Shown in pieces: positions 1-12,700 of a stretch of 64,000 bases of DNA. How positions within the stretch are numbered: the stretch's first letter is position 1; every line of letters begins with the position of its first letter. The notes beneath the pieces were generated by a model that was not told the DNA's origin, did not search any database, and saw nothing but the letters and a program-made list of their open reading frames with translations. A program made the translations under genes and the position numbers. Source of the stretch: Macrostomum hystrix (taxonomy: Eukaryota; Animalia; Platyhelminthes); assembly GCA_950097015.1 (NCBI GenBank), contig CATNEN010000002.1:8060001-8124000 (forward strand), written 5' to 3'.

Positions 1-2262
1 CTGGGGGATCTTTGTTAACTGGGGGATCATTGTCAACTGGGGGATCATTGTCAACTGGGGGATCATTGTCAACTGGGGGATCATTGTCAACTGGGTGATC
101 ATCATTAACTGGGGGATCATTGTCAACTGGGGGATCATTGTCAACTGTGGGATCATTGTCAACTGGGGGATCATTGTCAAATGGGGGATCATTGTCAACT
201 GGGGGATCGTTGTCAACTGGGGGTTCATTGTCAACTGGGGGATCATTGTCAACTGGGGGATCATTGTCAACTGTGGGATCATTGTCAACTGGGGGATCAT
301 TGTCAAATGGGGGAACATTGTCAACTGGGGGTTCATTGTCAACTGGGGGTTCATTGTCAACTGGGGGATCATTGTCAACTGGGGGATCATTGTCAACTGG
401 GGGATCATCATCAACTGGCGGATCATTGTCAACTGGGGGTTCATTGTCAACTGTGAGATCATTGTCAACGGGCGGGATCATTGTCAACTGGGGAATCATT
501 GTCAACTGGGGGATCATTGTCAACTGGGGGATCATTGTCAACTGGGTGATCATCATCAACTGGGGGATCATTGTCAACTGGGGGAACATTGTCAACTGGA
601 GGAACATAGTTAACTGGGGATCATCATCAATGGGGAGTCATCATCAACTGGGGGATCATTGTGAACTGGGGGATCTTTGTTAACTGGGGGATCATTGTCA
701 ACTGGGGGATCATTGTCAACTGGGGGATCATTGTCAACTGGGGGATCATTGTCAACTGGGTGATCATCATTAACTGGGGGATCATTGTCAACTGGGGGAT
801 CATTGTCAACTGTGGGATCATTGTCAACTGGGGGATCATTGTCAAATGGGGGAACATTGTCAACTGGGGGATCATTGTCAACTGGGGGTTCATTGTCAAC
901 TGGGGATTCATTGTCAACTGGGGGTTCATTGTCAACTGTGGGATCATTGTCAACGGGCGGGATCATTGTCAACTGGGGGATCATTGTCAACTGGGGGATC
1001 GTTGTCAACTGGGGTTCATTGTCAACTGGGGGATCATTGTCAACTGGGGGATCATTGTCAACTGGGGGATCATCATCAACTGGCGGATCATTGTCAACTG
1101 GGGGTTCATTGTCAACTGTGAGATCATTGTCAACGGGCGGGATCATTGTCAACTGGGGAATCATTGTCAACTGGGGGATCATTGTCAACTGGGGGATCAT
1201 TGTCAACTGGGTGATCATCATCAACTGGGGGATCATTGTCAACTGGGGGAACATTGTCAACTGGAGGAACATTGTTAACTGGGGATCATCATCAATGGGG
1301 AGTCATCATCAACTGGGGGATCATTGTGAACTGGGGGATCTTTGTTAACTGGGGGATCATTGTCAACTGGGGGATCATTGTCAACTGGGGGATCATTGTC
1401 AACTGGGGGATCATTGTCAACTGGGTGATCATCATTAACTGGGGGATCATTGTCAACTGGGGGATCATTGTCAACTGTGGGATCATTGTCAACTGGGGGA
1501 TCATTGTCAAATGGGGGAACATTGTCAACTGGGGGATCATTGTCAACTGGGGGTTCATTGTCAACTGGGGGTTCATTGTCAACTGGGGGTTCATTGTCAA
1601 CTGTGGGATCATTGTCAACGGGCGGGATCATTGTCAACTGGGGGATCATTGTCAACTGGGGGATCGTTGTCAACTGGGGTTCATTGTCAACTGGGGGATC
1701 ATTGTCAACTGGGGGATCATTGTCAACTGGGGGATCATCATCAACTGGCGGATCATTGTCAACTGGGGGTTCATTGTCAACTGTGAGATCATTGTCAACG
1801 GGCGGGCTCATTGTCAACTGGGGAATCATTGTCAACTGGGTGATCATCATCAACTGGGGGATCATTGTCAACTGGGGGAACATTGTCAACTGGAGGAACA
1901 TTGTTAACTGGGGATCATCATCAATGGGGAGTCATCATCAACTGGGGGATCATTGTGAACTGGGGGATCTTTGTTAACTGGGGGATCATTGTCAACTGGG
2001 GGATCATTGTCAACTGGGGGATCATTGTCAACTGGGGGATCATTGTCAACTGGGTGATCATCATTAACTGGGGGATCATTGTCAACTGGGGAATCATTGT
2101 CAACTGTGTGATCATTGTCAACTGGGGGATCATTGTCAAATGGGGGATCATTGTCAACTGGGGGATCGTTGTCAACTGGGGGTTCATTGTCAACTGGGGG
2201 TTCATTGTCAACTGGGGGATCATTGTCAACTGGGGGATAATTGTCAACTGGGGGATCATTGT
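1..2262. repeat. 18-bp minisatellite (GGGGGATCATTGTCAACT)n with ~665-bp higher-order repeat
   Basis: Unit read directly. Diagnostic variant ATCATCAATGGGGAGTCATC recurs at ~622, ~1287 and ~1916 (spacing 665, then 629 = 665 minus two monomers). ORF-track translations repeat at a 665 offset. Confidence 0.97.
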
Positions 2263-2355
2263 AGCTTTAAAAAGCTGTAAATTCAGCTGCTAAAAAGTAT
2301 ATACTAGACGAATTAAAAGTATTTCTGCTCCCCGAAGGGGGGCAAAACTTGCTAG
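1..2355 (+). mobile_element. Non-autonomous Helitron (family B), 3' part; 5' end lies outside the window
   Basis: Ends in GC hairpin GCTCCCC-GAA-GGGGGGC (2327-2343) followed by CTAG (2352-2355). The last ~95 bp and the 18-bp array match the complete element at 48501-52007. Confidence 0.85.
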
Positions 2356-4004
2356 TCTTATATGCTTGTATGTTTGCAATCGACTAGCTCCCGAACGGCT
2401 CAACCGATTTTCGAAATTCTTTCACTAAAAGATCGCAATTGGGCTGGAATCGGTACACGTATTTTTATTAAGCTTAATTCCATTGTCAAGGGGATTAAAT
2501 ATTCGAAAAACAGTTTTAAATAGGCTTTTCTAATGCATTCTTGTTTTCAGCTTGTGCACAGTGAGGCTCCAGTGCCAATTTTAATGATTGCATCAGAGCC
2601 AGTTTTGATAACGAACTGATAAGAACTCACAGGGAGGCTACCCAGAGGGTAGCGAAGGCAGCTAGTCTATTATACTAAAAATGAAAATCTTGTATGTTTG
2701 TTTGCAATCGACTAGCTCCCGAACGGCTCAACCGATTTTCGCAATTCCTTCGCCAAAAGATCACAAATGGGCCGGAATCGGTACACGTAATTTTATTAAG
2801 CTTAATTCCATTGGCAAAGGGATTAAATATTCGAAAAACAGTTTTAAATAGGCTTTTCTAATGCATTCTTGTTTTCAGCTTGTGCACAGTGAGGCCTCCA
2901 GTGCCAATTTTAATGATTGCATCAGAGCCAGTTTTGATAACGCACGCGCGTACTGATAAGAACTCACAGGGAGGCTACCCAGAGGGTAGCGAAGGCAGCT
3001 AGTCTTATATACTAAAAATGAAAATCTTGTATGTTTGTTTGCAATCGACTAGCTCCCGAACGGCTCAACCGATTTTCGCAATTCCTTCGCCAAAAGATCA
3101 CAAATGGGCCGGAATCGGTACACGTATTTTTATTAAGCTTAATTCCATTGCCAAGGGGATTAAATATTCGAAAAACTGTTTTAAATAGGCTTTTCTAATG
3201 CATTCTTGTTTTCAGCTTGTGCACAGTGAGGCCTCCAGTGCCAATTTTAATGATTGCATCAGAGCCAGTTTTGATAACGCACGCGCGTACTGATAAGAAC
3301 TCACAGGGAGGCTACCCAGAGGGTAGCGAAGGCAGCTAGTCTTATATACTAAAAATGAAAATCTTGCTTGCTTGTTCGTAATTGATTTTCTCCCGAACGG
3401 CTCAACCGATTTTCACAATTTCTTCACCAAAAGATGCCAAATATGGGGACACATATACACGTATTTTTATTAAGCTTAATTCCATTGCCAAGGGGATTAA
3501 ATATTCGAAAAACAGTTTTAAATAGGCTTTTCTAATGCATTCTTGTTTTCAGCTTGTGCACAGTGAGGCCTCCAGTGCCAATTTTAATGATTGCATCAGA
3601 GCCAGTTTTGATAACGCACGCGCGTACTGATAAGAACTCACAGGGAGGCTACCCAGAGGGTAGCGAAGGCAGCTAGTCTAATATACTAAAAATGAAAATC
3701 TTGCTTGCTTGTTTGCAATCGACTAGCTCCCGAACGGCTCAACCGATTTTCACAATTCCTTCGCCAAAAGATCACAAATGGGCCGGAATCGGTACACGTA
3801 TTTTTATTAAGCTTAATTCCATTGGCAAGGGGATTAAATATTCGAAAAACAGTTTTAAATAGGCTTTTCTAATGCATTCTTGTTTTCAGCTTGTGCACAG
3901 TGAGGCTCCAGTGCCAATTTTAATGATTGCATCAGAGCCAGTTTTGATAACGAACTGATAAGAACTCACAGGGAGGCTACCCAGAGGGTAGCGAAGGCAG
4001 CTAG
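2356..4004 (+). mobile_element. Five tandem mini-Helitrons (2356-2665, 2666-3002, 3003-3339, 3340-3676, 3677-4004)
   Basis: Each starts with TC (TCT.ATATACTAAAAATGAAAATC; shortened in the first unit), then a (GTTT/GTAT/GCTT)n microsatellite and CCCGAACGGCTCAACCGATTTT. Each ends with the perfect hairpin GCTACCC-AGA-GGGTAGC, 8 nt, then CTAG. Junctions are CTAG|TC. Confidence 0.9.
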
Positions 4005-5728
4005 TCTATTATACTAAAAATGAAAATCTTGTATGTTTGTTTGCAATCGACTAGCTCCCGAACGGCTCAACCGATTTTCACAATTCCTTCGCCAAAAGAT
4101 CACAAATGGGCCGGAATCGGTACACGTAATTTTATTAAGCTTAATTCCATTGGCAAGGGGATTAAATATTCAAAAAACAGTTTTAAATAGGCTTTTCTAA
4201 TGCATTCTTGTTTTCAGCTTGTGCACAGTGAGGCCTCCAGTGCCAATTTTAATGATTGCATCAGGGCCAGTTTTGTTAGGCGAGCGTACTGATAAGAAAT
4301 TTCTCACCCAAATGTGCATAGCTGTGTCAACCCCACTGGCGAGATAATTATGCCCAATGTGCACAGGCTGAGCTGGCTTCTGTTAACTGCTGGCAGTGTG
4401 ATATTTTATTATTTTATTTATTTATTTATTGAGTTTTTGCAATCAAATAGCATATTCACATCATACACCAAAAGGCTACAGCTGAGAACTGAATTGATCC
4501 AAGTGATCGGCCTTTTTCTAGCAGAGCGAAGCGAACCGAACCGAATCCCAGGCACAACAATGACACAGCCAAATAGCATAAATACAAATCCAGGCTCAGA
4601 ATCGATAGATATCTAGGCTGAGCATTGATAGATATCTAGGCTGAGCATTGATAGATATCTAGGCTGAGCATTGATAGATATCTAGGCTGAGCATTGATAG
4701 ATATCTAGGCTGAGCATTTATAGATATCTAGGCTCAGCATTGATAGACATCTAGGCTCAACATTTTTATAAATATCTAGGCTCAACATTTTTATAGTTAT
4801 CTAGGCTCAGCATTGACAGATATCTAGGCTGAGCATTGATAGATATCTAGGCTCAGCATTGATAGACATCTAGGCTCAACATTTTTATAAATATCTAGGC
4901 TCAACATTTTTATAGTTATCTAGGCTCAGCATTGATAGACATCTAGGCTCAACATTTTTATAAATATCTAGGCTCAACATTTTTATAGTTATCTAGGTTC
5001 AGCATTGACAGATATCTAGGCTCAGCATTGATAGATATCTAAGCTCAAAATTGATAGATATCTAGGCTCAGCATTGATAGATATCTAGGCTGAGCATTGA
5101 TAGATATCTAGGCTGAGCATTGATAGATATCTAGGCTCAGCATTGATAGACATCTAGGCTCAACATTTTTATAAATATCTAGGCTCAACATTTTTATAGT
5201 TATCTAGGCTCAGCATTGACAGATATCTAGGCTCAGCATTGATAGATATCTAAGCTCAAAATTGATAGATATCTAGGCTCAGCATTGATAGATATCTAGG
5301 CTCAGCATTGATAGTTATCTAGGCTCAGCATAGATAGAAGATAGATATCTAGGCTCAACATTTTTATGGATATCTAGGCTCAGCATTGAAAGATATCTAG
5401 GCTCAGCATTGATAGATATCTAGGCTCAAAATTGATAGATATCTAGGCTCAGCATTGATAGTTATCTAGGCTCAACATTTTTTATGGATATCTAGGCTCA
5501 GCATTGATAGATATCTAGGCTCAGCATAGATAGAAGATAGATATCTAGGCCCAACATTTTTATGGATATCTAGGCTCAGCATTGAAAGATATCTAGGCTC
5601 AGCATTGATAGATATCTAGGCTCAGCATTGATAGATATCTAGGCTCAGCATTGATAGATATCTAGGCTCAGCATTGATAGATATCTAGGCTCAGCATTGA
5701 TAGTTATCTAGGCTCAGCATAGATAGAA
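4005..5728 (+). mobile_element. 5'-only truncated copy of the autonomous Helitron
   Basis: Near-identical to 6404-8127 (offset 2399; identical 100-aa ORFs at 4314 and 6713). Stops inside the 23-bp array and joins directly to a new TC start at 5729. Confidence 0.85.
4601..5728. repeat. 23-bp minisatellite (GATAGATATCTAGGCTCAGCATT)n
   Basis: Unit read directly; contains the palindrome TAGATATCTA. Confidence 0.95.
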
Positions 5729-6403
5729 TCTAATATACTAAAAATGAAAATCTTGTATGTTTGTATGTTTGCAATCGACTAGCTCCCGAACGGCTTAACC
5801 GATTTTCACAATTCCTTCGCCAAAAGATCGCAATTGGGCCGGAATCGGTACACGTAATTTTATTAAGCTTAATTCCATTGGCAAGGGGATTAAATATTCG
5901 AAAAACAGTTTTAAATAGGCTTTTCTAATGCATTCTTGTTTACAGCTTGTGCACAGTGAGGCCTCCAGTGCCAATTTTAATGATTGCATCAGAGCCAGTT
6001 TTGATAACGAACTGATAAGAACTCCAGTGAGGCTACCCAGAGGGTAGCGAAGGCAGCTAGTCTAATATACTAAAAATGAAAATCTTGTATGTTTGTATGT
6101 TTGTATGTATGTTTGCAATCGACTAGCTCCCGAACGGCTCAACCGATTTTCGCAATTCCTTCGCCAAAAGATCACAAATGGGCCCGAATCGGTACACGTA
6201 TTTTTATTAAGCTTAATTCCATTGCCAAGGGGATTAAATATTCGAAAAACAGTTTTAAATAGGCTTTTCTAATGCATTCTTGTTTTCAGCTTGTGCGCAG
6301 TGAGGCTCCAGTGCCAATTTTAATGATTGCATCGGAGCCAATTTTGATAACGCACTGATAAGAACTCCAGTGAGGCTACCCAGAGGGTAGCGAAGGCAGC
6401 TAG
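5729..6403 (+). mobile_element. Two tandem mini-Helitrons (5729-6060, 6061-6403)
   Basis: TC starts, same GCTACCC-AGA-GGGTAGC hairpin and CTAG ends (6057-6060, 6400-6403); carry the variant CTCCAGTGAGG instead of CTCACAGGGAGG. Confidence 0.9.
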
Positions 6404-6999
6404 TCTATTATACTAAAAATGAAAATCTTGTATGTTTGTTTGCAATCGACTAGCTCCCGAACGGCTCAACCGATTTTCACAATTCCTTCGCCAAAAGATC
6501 ACAAATGGGCCGGAATCGGTACACGTAATTTTATTAAGCTTAATTCCATTGGCAAGGGGATTAAATATTCAAAAAACAGTTTTAAATAGGCTTTTCTAAT
6601 GCATTCTTGTTTTCAGCTTGTGCACAGTGAGGCCTCCAGTGCCAATTTTAATGATTGCATCAGGGCCAGTTTTGTTAGGCGAGCGTACTGATAAGAAATT
6701 TCTCACCCAAATGTGCATAGCTGTGTCAACCCCACTGGCGAGATAATTATGCCCAATGTGCACAGGCTGAGCTGGCTTCTGTTAACTGCTGGCAGTGTGA
6801 TATTTTATTATTTTATTTATTTATTTATTGAGTTTTTGCAATCAAATAGCATATTCACATCATACACCAAAAGGCTACAGCTGAGAACTGAATTGATCCA
6901 AGTGATCGGCCTTTTTCTAGCAGAGCGAAGCGAACCGAACCGAATCCCAGGCACAACAATGACACAGCCAAATAGCATAAATACAAATCCAGGCTCAGA

Positions 7000-9130
7000 A
7001 TCGATAGATATCTAGGCTGAGCATTGATAGATATCTAGGCTGAGCATTGATAGATATCTAGGCTGAGCATTGATAGATATCTAGGCTGAGCATTGATAGA
7101 TATCTAGGCTGAGCATTTATAGATATCTAGGCTCAGCATTGATAGACATCTAGGCTCAACATTTTTATAAATATCTAGGCTCAACATTTTTATAGTTATC
7201 TAGGCTCAGCATTGACAGATATCTAGGCTGAGCATTGATAGATATCTAGGCTCAGCATTGATAGACATCTAGGCTCAACATTTTTATAAATATCTAGGCT
7301 CAACATTTTTACAGTTATCTAGGCTCAGCATTGATAGACATCTAGGCTCAACATTTTTATAAATATCTAGGCTCAACATTTTTATAGTTATCTAGGTTCA
7401 GCATTGACAGATATCTAGGCTCAGCATTGATAGATATCTAAGCTCAAAATTGATAGATATCTAGGCTCAGCATTGATAGATATCTAGGCTGAGCATTGAT
7501 AGATATCTAGGCTGAGCATTGATAGATATCTAGGCTCAGCATTGATAGACATCTAGGCTCAACATTTTTATAAATATCTAGGCTCAACATTTTTATAGTT
7601 ATCTAGGCTCAGCATTGACAGATATCTAGGCTCAGCATTGATAGATATCTAAGCTCAAAATTGATAGATATCTAGGCTCAGCATTGATAGATATCTAGGC
7701 TCAGCATTGATAGTTATCTAGGCTCAGCATAGATAGAAGATAGATATCTAGGCTCAACATTTTTATGGATATCTAGGCTCAGCATTGAAAGATATCTAGG
7801 CTCAGCATTGATAGATATCTAGGCTCAAAATTGATAGATATCTAGGCTCAGCATTGATAGTTATCTAGGCTCAACATTTTTTATGGATATCTAGGCTCAG
7901 CATTGATAGATATCTAGGCTCAGCATAGATAGAAGATAGATATCTAGGCCCAACATTTTTATGGATATCTAGGCTCAGCATTGAAAGATATCTAGGCTCA
8001 GCATTGATAGATATCTAGGCTCAGCATTGATAGATATCTAGGCTCAGCATTGATAGATATCTAGGCTCAGCATTGATAGATATCTAGGCTCAGCATTGAT
8101 AGTTATCTAGGCTCAGCATAGATAGAAGATAGATATCTAGGCTCAGCATTGATAGATATCTAGGCTCAGCATTGATAGATATCTAGGCTCAGCATTGATA
8201 GATATCTAGGCTCAGCATTGATAGATATCTAGGCTCAGCATTGATAGTTATCTAGGCTCAGCATAGATAGAAGATAGATATCTAGGCTCAGCATTGATAG
8301 ATATCTAGGCTCAGCATTGATAGATATCTAGGCTCAGCATTGATAGTTATCTAGGCTCAGCATTGATAGTTATCTAGGCTCAGCATAGATAGAAGATAGA
8401 TATCTAGGCTCAACATTTTTATGGATATCTAGGCTCAGCATTGAAAGATATCTAGGCTCAGCATTGATAGATATCTAGGCTCAGCATTGATAGATATCTA
8501 GGCTCAGCATTGATAGATATCTAGGCTGAGCATTGATAGATATCTAGGCTCAGCATTGATAGTTATCTAGGCTCAGCATAGATAGAAGATAGATAGATAT
8601 CTAGGCTCAGTATTGAAAGATATCTAGGCTCAACATTTTTATAAATATCTAGGCTCAACATTTTTATAGTTATCTAGGCTCAGCATTGATAGTTATCGAG
8701 GCTCAGAATCGATAGAAATCTAGGCTTAGCATTGATATTTATCGAGGCTCAGAATCGATAGAAATCTAGGCTTAGCATTGATAGTTATCGAGGCTCAGAA
8801 TCGATAGAAATCTAGGCTTAGCATTGATATTTATCGAGGCTCAGAATCGATAGAAATCTAGGCTTAGCATTGATATTTATCGAGGCTCAGAATCGATAGA
8901 AATCTAGGCTTAGCATTGATAGTTATCGAGGCTCAGAATCGATAGAAATCTAGGCTTAGAATCGATACATATCTAAGCTCAGAATCAATTGAAATCAAGG
9001 CTCAGAATACACGTATAGATGTCTAAGCTCAGAATTGAAAGATATCTAAGCCCAGAAGCGATTGAAATCTAGGCTGAGAATCGATGGGTATCTAGGCACA
9101 GAATCGATTGAAATCTAGGCTCAGAAATTA
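7000..9130. repeat. 23-bp minisatellite (GATAGATATCTAGGCTCAGCATT)n, increasingly degenerate towards its 3' end
   Basis: Same unit as 4601-5728. From ~8690 it alternates with GATAGAAATCTAGGCTTAGCATT / GATATTTATCGAGGCTCAGAATC, then decays. Confidence 0.95.
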
Positions 9131-9626
9131 GAATTGATAGATACATAGGCTCCGAATTTGTAAATATACAATGATATTTATTTAAGACAATAATGACTGA
9201 TTCGAAAGCACAGCACTGTCAGATTTCAAGGCACAACAGTGACATACAAGTTTCATCAAGACTCAAGACTATCATCGTGTGGTAATCGGTCAGTGGACGC
9301 ATTTTTTCACATCAATTTAGAGTTGAGAGTTTAGAGACGTGAAAGGCCTTTGAGATAACTTAGACGCTATCATATTGAAATTTGGGCGCACTGGCCTACC
9401 CAAGCCAAGTCCTTACCGGCTATTCTAGGCTGGCGCAGGCAATGTACATTATTTCCCCTCTTGCCCCCAAATGTGCACGCACGGGCTGGAGAGCCCTCAC
9501 CCCATTCCATCGGTTTTTAAGATTTCAAGCGGTCAGAGGTCCGTTTTATCGATTTTTACCCTAGGTCTTAAGATAATATCCGATTCAGCCCACTGGGATG
9601 ATATATAGCTTGCAAATTAGTGTGGT

Positions 9627-9633
9627 TATAAAG
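9627..9633 (+). promoter_or_regulatory. Possible TATA box of the Helitron transposase gene
   Basis: TATAAAG ~125 bp upstream of ATG 9753; position only, no expression evidence. Confidence 0.3.
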
Positions 9634-9752
9634 GCACCTTATCTGATTCTTCAGACATCGAAATTCAAATCCAAATTTCACAACCTATCTCTCTTTCAAG
9701 CCTTTCATTATCTCTCAACTTATCATTTCATTTCACTTTTCAGTTCTCAATC

Positions 9753-12700
9753 ATGGTTCGACGCGGCGCAAGCAGTTTAAAGAAAAGTCGCGATGCCAAG
9801 CGACGGCGACAAGCTGAATCCGAGGCCGATCGCGAGGTCCGTTTGGAAGAACGACGTCAGCGAATGGCTGAGAAGCGAGCCTCTCAAACTGAGGCAGAGC
9901 GAGCTGCCCGACTGGAGGAACAGCGGCAGCGGATCGCTGAGCGCAGAGATGTCGAGACTGAGGCAGAGCGAGCTGCCCGACTGGAGGAACAGCGGCAGCG
10001 GATCGCTGAGCGCAGAGATGTCGAGACTGAGGCAGAGCGAGCTGCCCGACTGGAGGAACAGCGGCAGCGGGATGCTCAGCGCAGAGATGCTGAGACTGAG
10101 GCAGAGCGGGCTGCCCGACTGGAAGCCGAGCAGATTCGTCGCCGTGGAGCTTTGGTTTCCAAGTGAGTTTTATGAGGCTCTATAAAATAACGTTACATAA
10201 CATAATTATGGTTTTATTTAGTTTTTTTCTAAATCGCCTCATAAGTGTTGATTTTTTTGCTGTAGATTTGAGTAACTCAACCTGCAGTCCAACAATTGGT
10301 TTAAAAATTCTGTAAATGCAGCTGTGCTTTATTTTCACTGCATTGCCAACTTAGGTCGGACACCCAGCAGCAAGGTATGGAAGCTATTGTACCATTTGAG
10401 CAGTTGCAGGTAATCCCTATTATTGGTGATGGCAATTGCTTCTTTTATGCTGTGTGTGATCAGCTGCGTGGAACCCCGCTAGAAACTGACGCAGCCTCCT
10501 TGCGGCAGGATTTGTCTTGCCGTGTTGCAGAACTCATGCCACAGTTGGTTGCAGATGGCCTCATCGCACCTGAGAGTGCTGATGACATTGTGAGTTCCTC
10601 TTTTCAAACAGGCACTTATGTTTCAGACGAAGTTGCCTCTTTGTTGAGCCGCTGCTTTAATGTGGACCTGGTCATTTACCAGGCCAATGGTAATGTGATG
10701 CAGTATTTCAGGGCTAATCTCTATCCTCCTAATGCGATTGTGCGCGTGCTCTTGCGCCATGAGCATTACGAGTCACTGAGACTTCGAGAGCCTTTGCAAG
10801 CCCTTTCAGATGCAGAGTTTCCAAGCTTGGCAGCAAGCAAAACTCCTGCCAAGAGGGCCAAGAAAGCCAAGGGCCCGAGAGCGATGCCAGCTGACAGCCC
10901 CAGCTCATGTGCTGACACTGGAGCACAGGCTGAGCAGATGTGAGTAACTTGCTTTTGTTATTTTGCATTTATTCGTTTAAATCAGCTTAATCTGCTGACG
11001 CAAATAAATCACTAGCATGGAAAGCAATGTCAATCAAATCAATGTACCCTCTTAATAAACTCGGCTCAACCCCTACTCAAACCCTGCTCACAGGCATGCC
11101 GAGCCGGTGATGCCAGAAGCCCCGGCTCACCAATGCGGCCCAATGAACCGCGCCTGCAATGACTGCGGCGCCCTGCTGTGGGCCAAGGAGACGAGCAATT
11201 TCTGCTGCGCCAAGGGCAAGGTGAAGCTGCCCACCCGTTCCATGCCGCAGGTCCTGGCAGATCTGTACACGGGGCAGCACCGCCTCAGTGCAGAGTTCCT
11301 GGCTAACATCAGGAGCTACAACTCTGTGCTGCACCTGACATCTCTGGGTGCGAGGCTCAGACTGGTGCCTGGCTGGAGTCCCAGCTTCATCATCAGCGGC
11401 CAGCTGCATCACAACATGGGGCCGCTGCTTGCCGACACCTCAGCCGTGCCGCATGGCTGGCAGGTGTACTTCACGGACCGCGAGCTGGAGAGCCGCCTGA
11501 GCCTCAGCCAGAAGGTGAAGCCGGAGCTGCTGGAGCTGCTGCAAACTGTGCTGCACGAGTGCAACGGCTATGTGCAGAGCCTGCGAGCTGCTGCTCAGCG
11601 GATCAGTGGCGACCCTGAGCTGGGAGATGCGCGAATTGTGATTCACCCGGACCGACGACCAGCTGGGGAGCACATTCGGTGAGTGAGCTGTGTTATGGAG
11701 CTGCTGGTTGGGATCCTATTTCGCCTGCACTTATACTGTTCAGTCTGTGCAGTTGATTCTGTGAAGTACCTGCTGTACCAATTCCATTCCTGTTCATTCC
11801 CAGGCGTTACAATCTCCCTACTGCCAATGAGGTTGGCATCCTGGTTGTCGGTGGTTCCGAGGACGCACCGACAAGCCGTGACGTTGTGATTCGACTGCGC
11901 GGAGGCGAAGTCCAGCGCATATCCGAGACCCACCGGTCCTACGACCCTCTGGAGTACGTGCTGCTGTTCCCGAATGGCGAGGACGGCTGGCACCCAGAGC
12001 TGCAGATGGCGAATGGGCGGAAGCTGACGCCCATGAAGTACTACGCCAGCGAAATCATGGTGCGAGCTGGCCAGTTCAACGTGCTGCACCACGGCAGGCG
12101 CCTCTTCCAGCAGTACCTGGTTGACATGGCTGCCAAGATCGAGTCCGAGAGGCTGCTGTACCTGCGCACTCATCAGAACGACCTGCGCAGCGAGACCTAC
12201 AGCGGCCTGCGAGACGCTCTGTTCGCTGCTGATGGCAGGAGCACCGAGAGAGACCCCAATGAGATTGGTAAGCCTGCCCATGTGTACCTGTCTTCCAGCT
12301 TTGTAGGTGGACCCAGGTACCTGATGGAGCGGCTGCAAGATGCAATGGCCTACGTGCACAAGTTCGGCAAGCCGGACCTGTTTGTCACAGCCACGTGCAA
12401 CCCGAAGTGGCCGGAAATCAGCGTGCAGCTGCTGCCCGGTCAGCGGGCAGAGGACCGCCCGGACATTGTGACTCGAGTCTTTGAACTGAAGAAAAAGGCT
12501 CTGCTTGAAGTGCTCAGGAAGCGTTTTGGCAAGGAGGCTGCGCATGTGTGCTCCTTGGAGTACCAGAAGCGCGGTGAGTAAAATCAGATTTTCATGCAGA
12601 CATTGGCAATATTAACAGCCTGGAATAACGAGTCCGCATGCTTTTATCAACTCGCCTCAGGCCTTCCCCATGTGCACTTCCTGCTCTGGCTGGCGAACGG

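Noticed and set aside
95-2293. Long ORFs of WGIIVN / STGGSL / DHCQLG / PPVDND repeats (also 50560-51945)
   Set aside because: By-products of an 18-bp unit lacking stops in several frames; they occur in all frames and on both strands and shift frame at monomer indels.
4314-7015. Duplicated 100-aa ORF (4314-4616, 6713-7015)
   Set aside because: Runs through a (TTTA)n tract and into the minisatellite, has no recognisable motif, and is duplicated only because the Helitron 5' region is.
4601-9130. CRISPR-like appearance of the 23-bp repeats
   Set aside because: Units are contiguous without unique spacers, there are no cas genes, and the context is spliced eukaryotic DNA.
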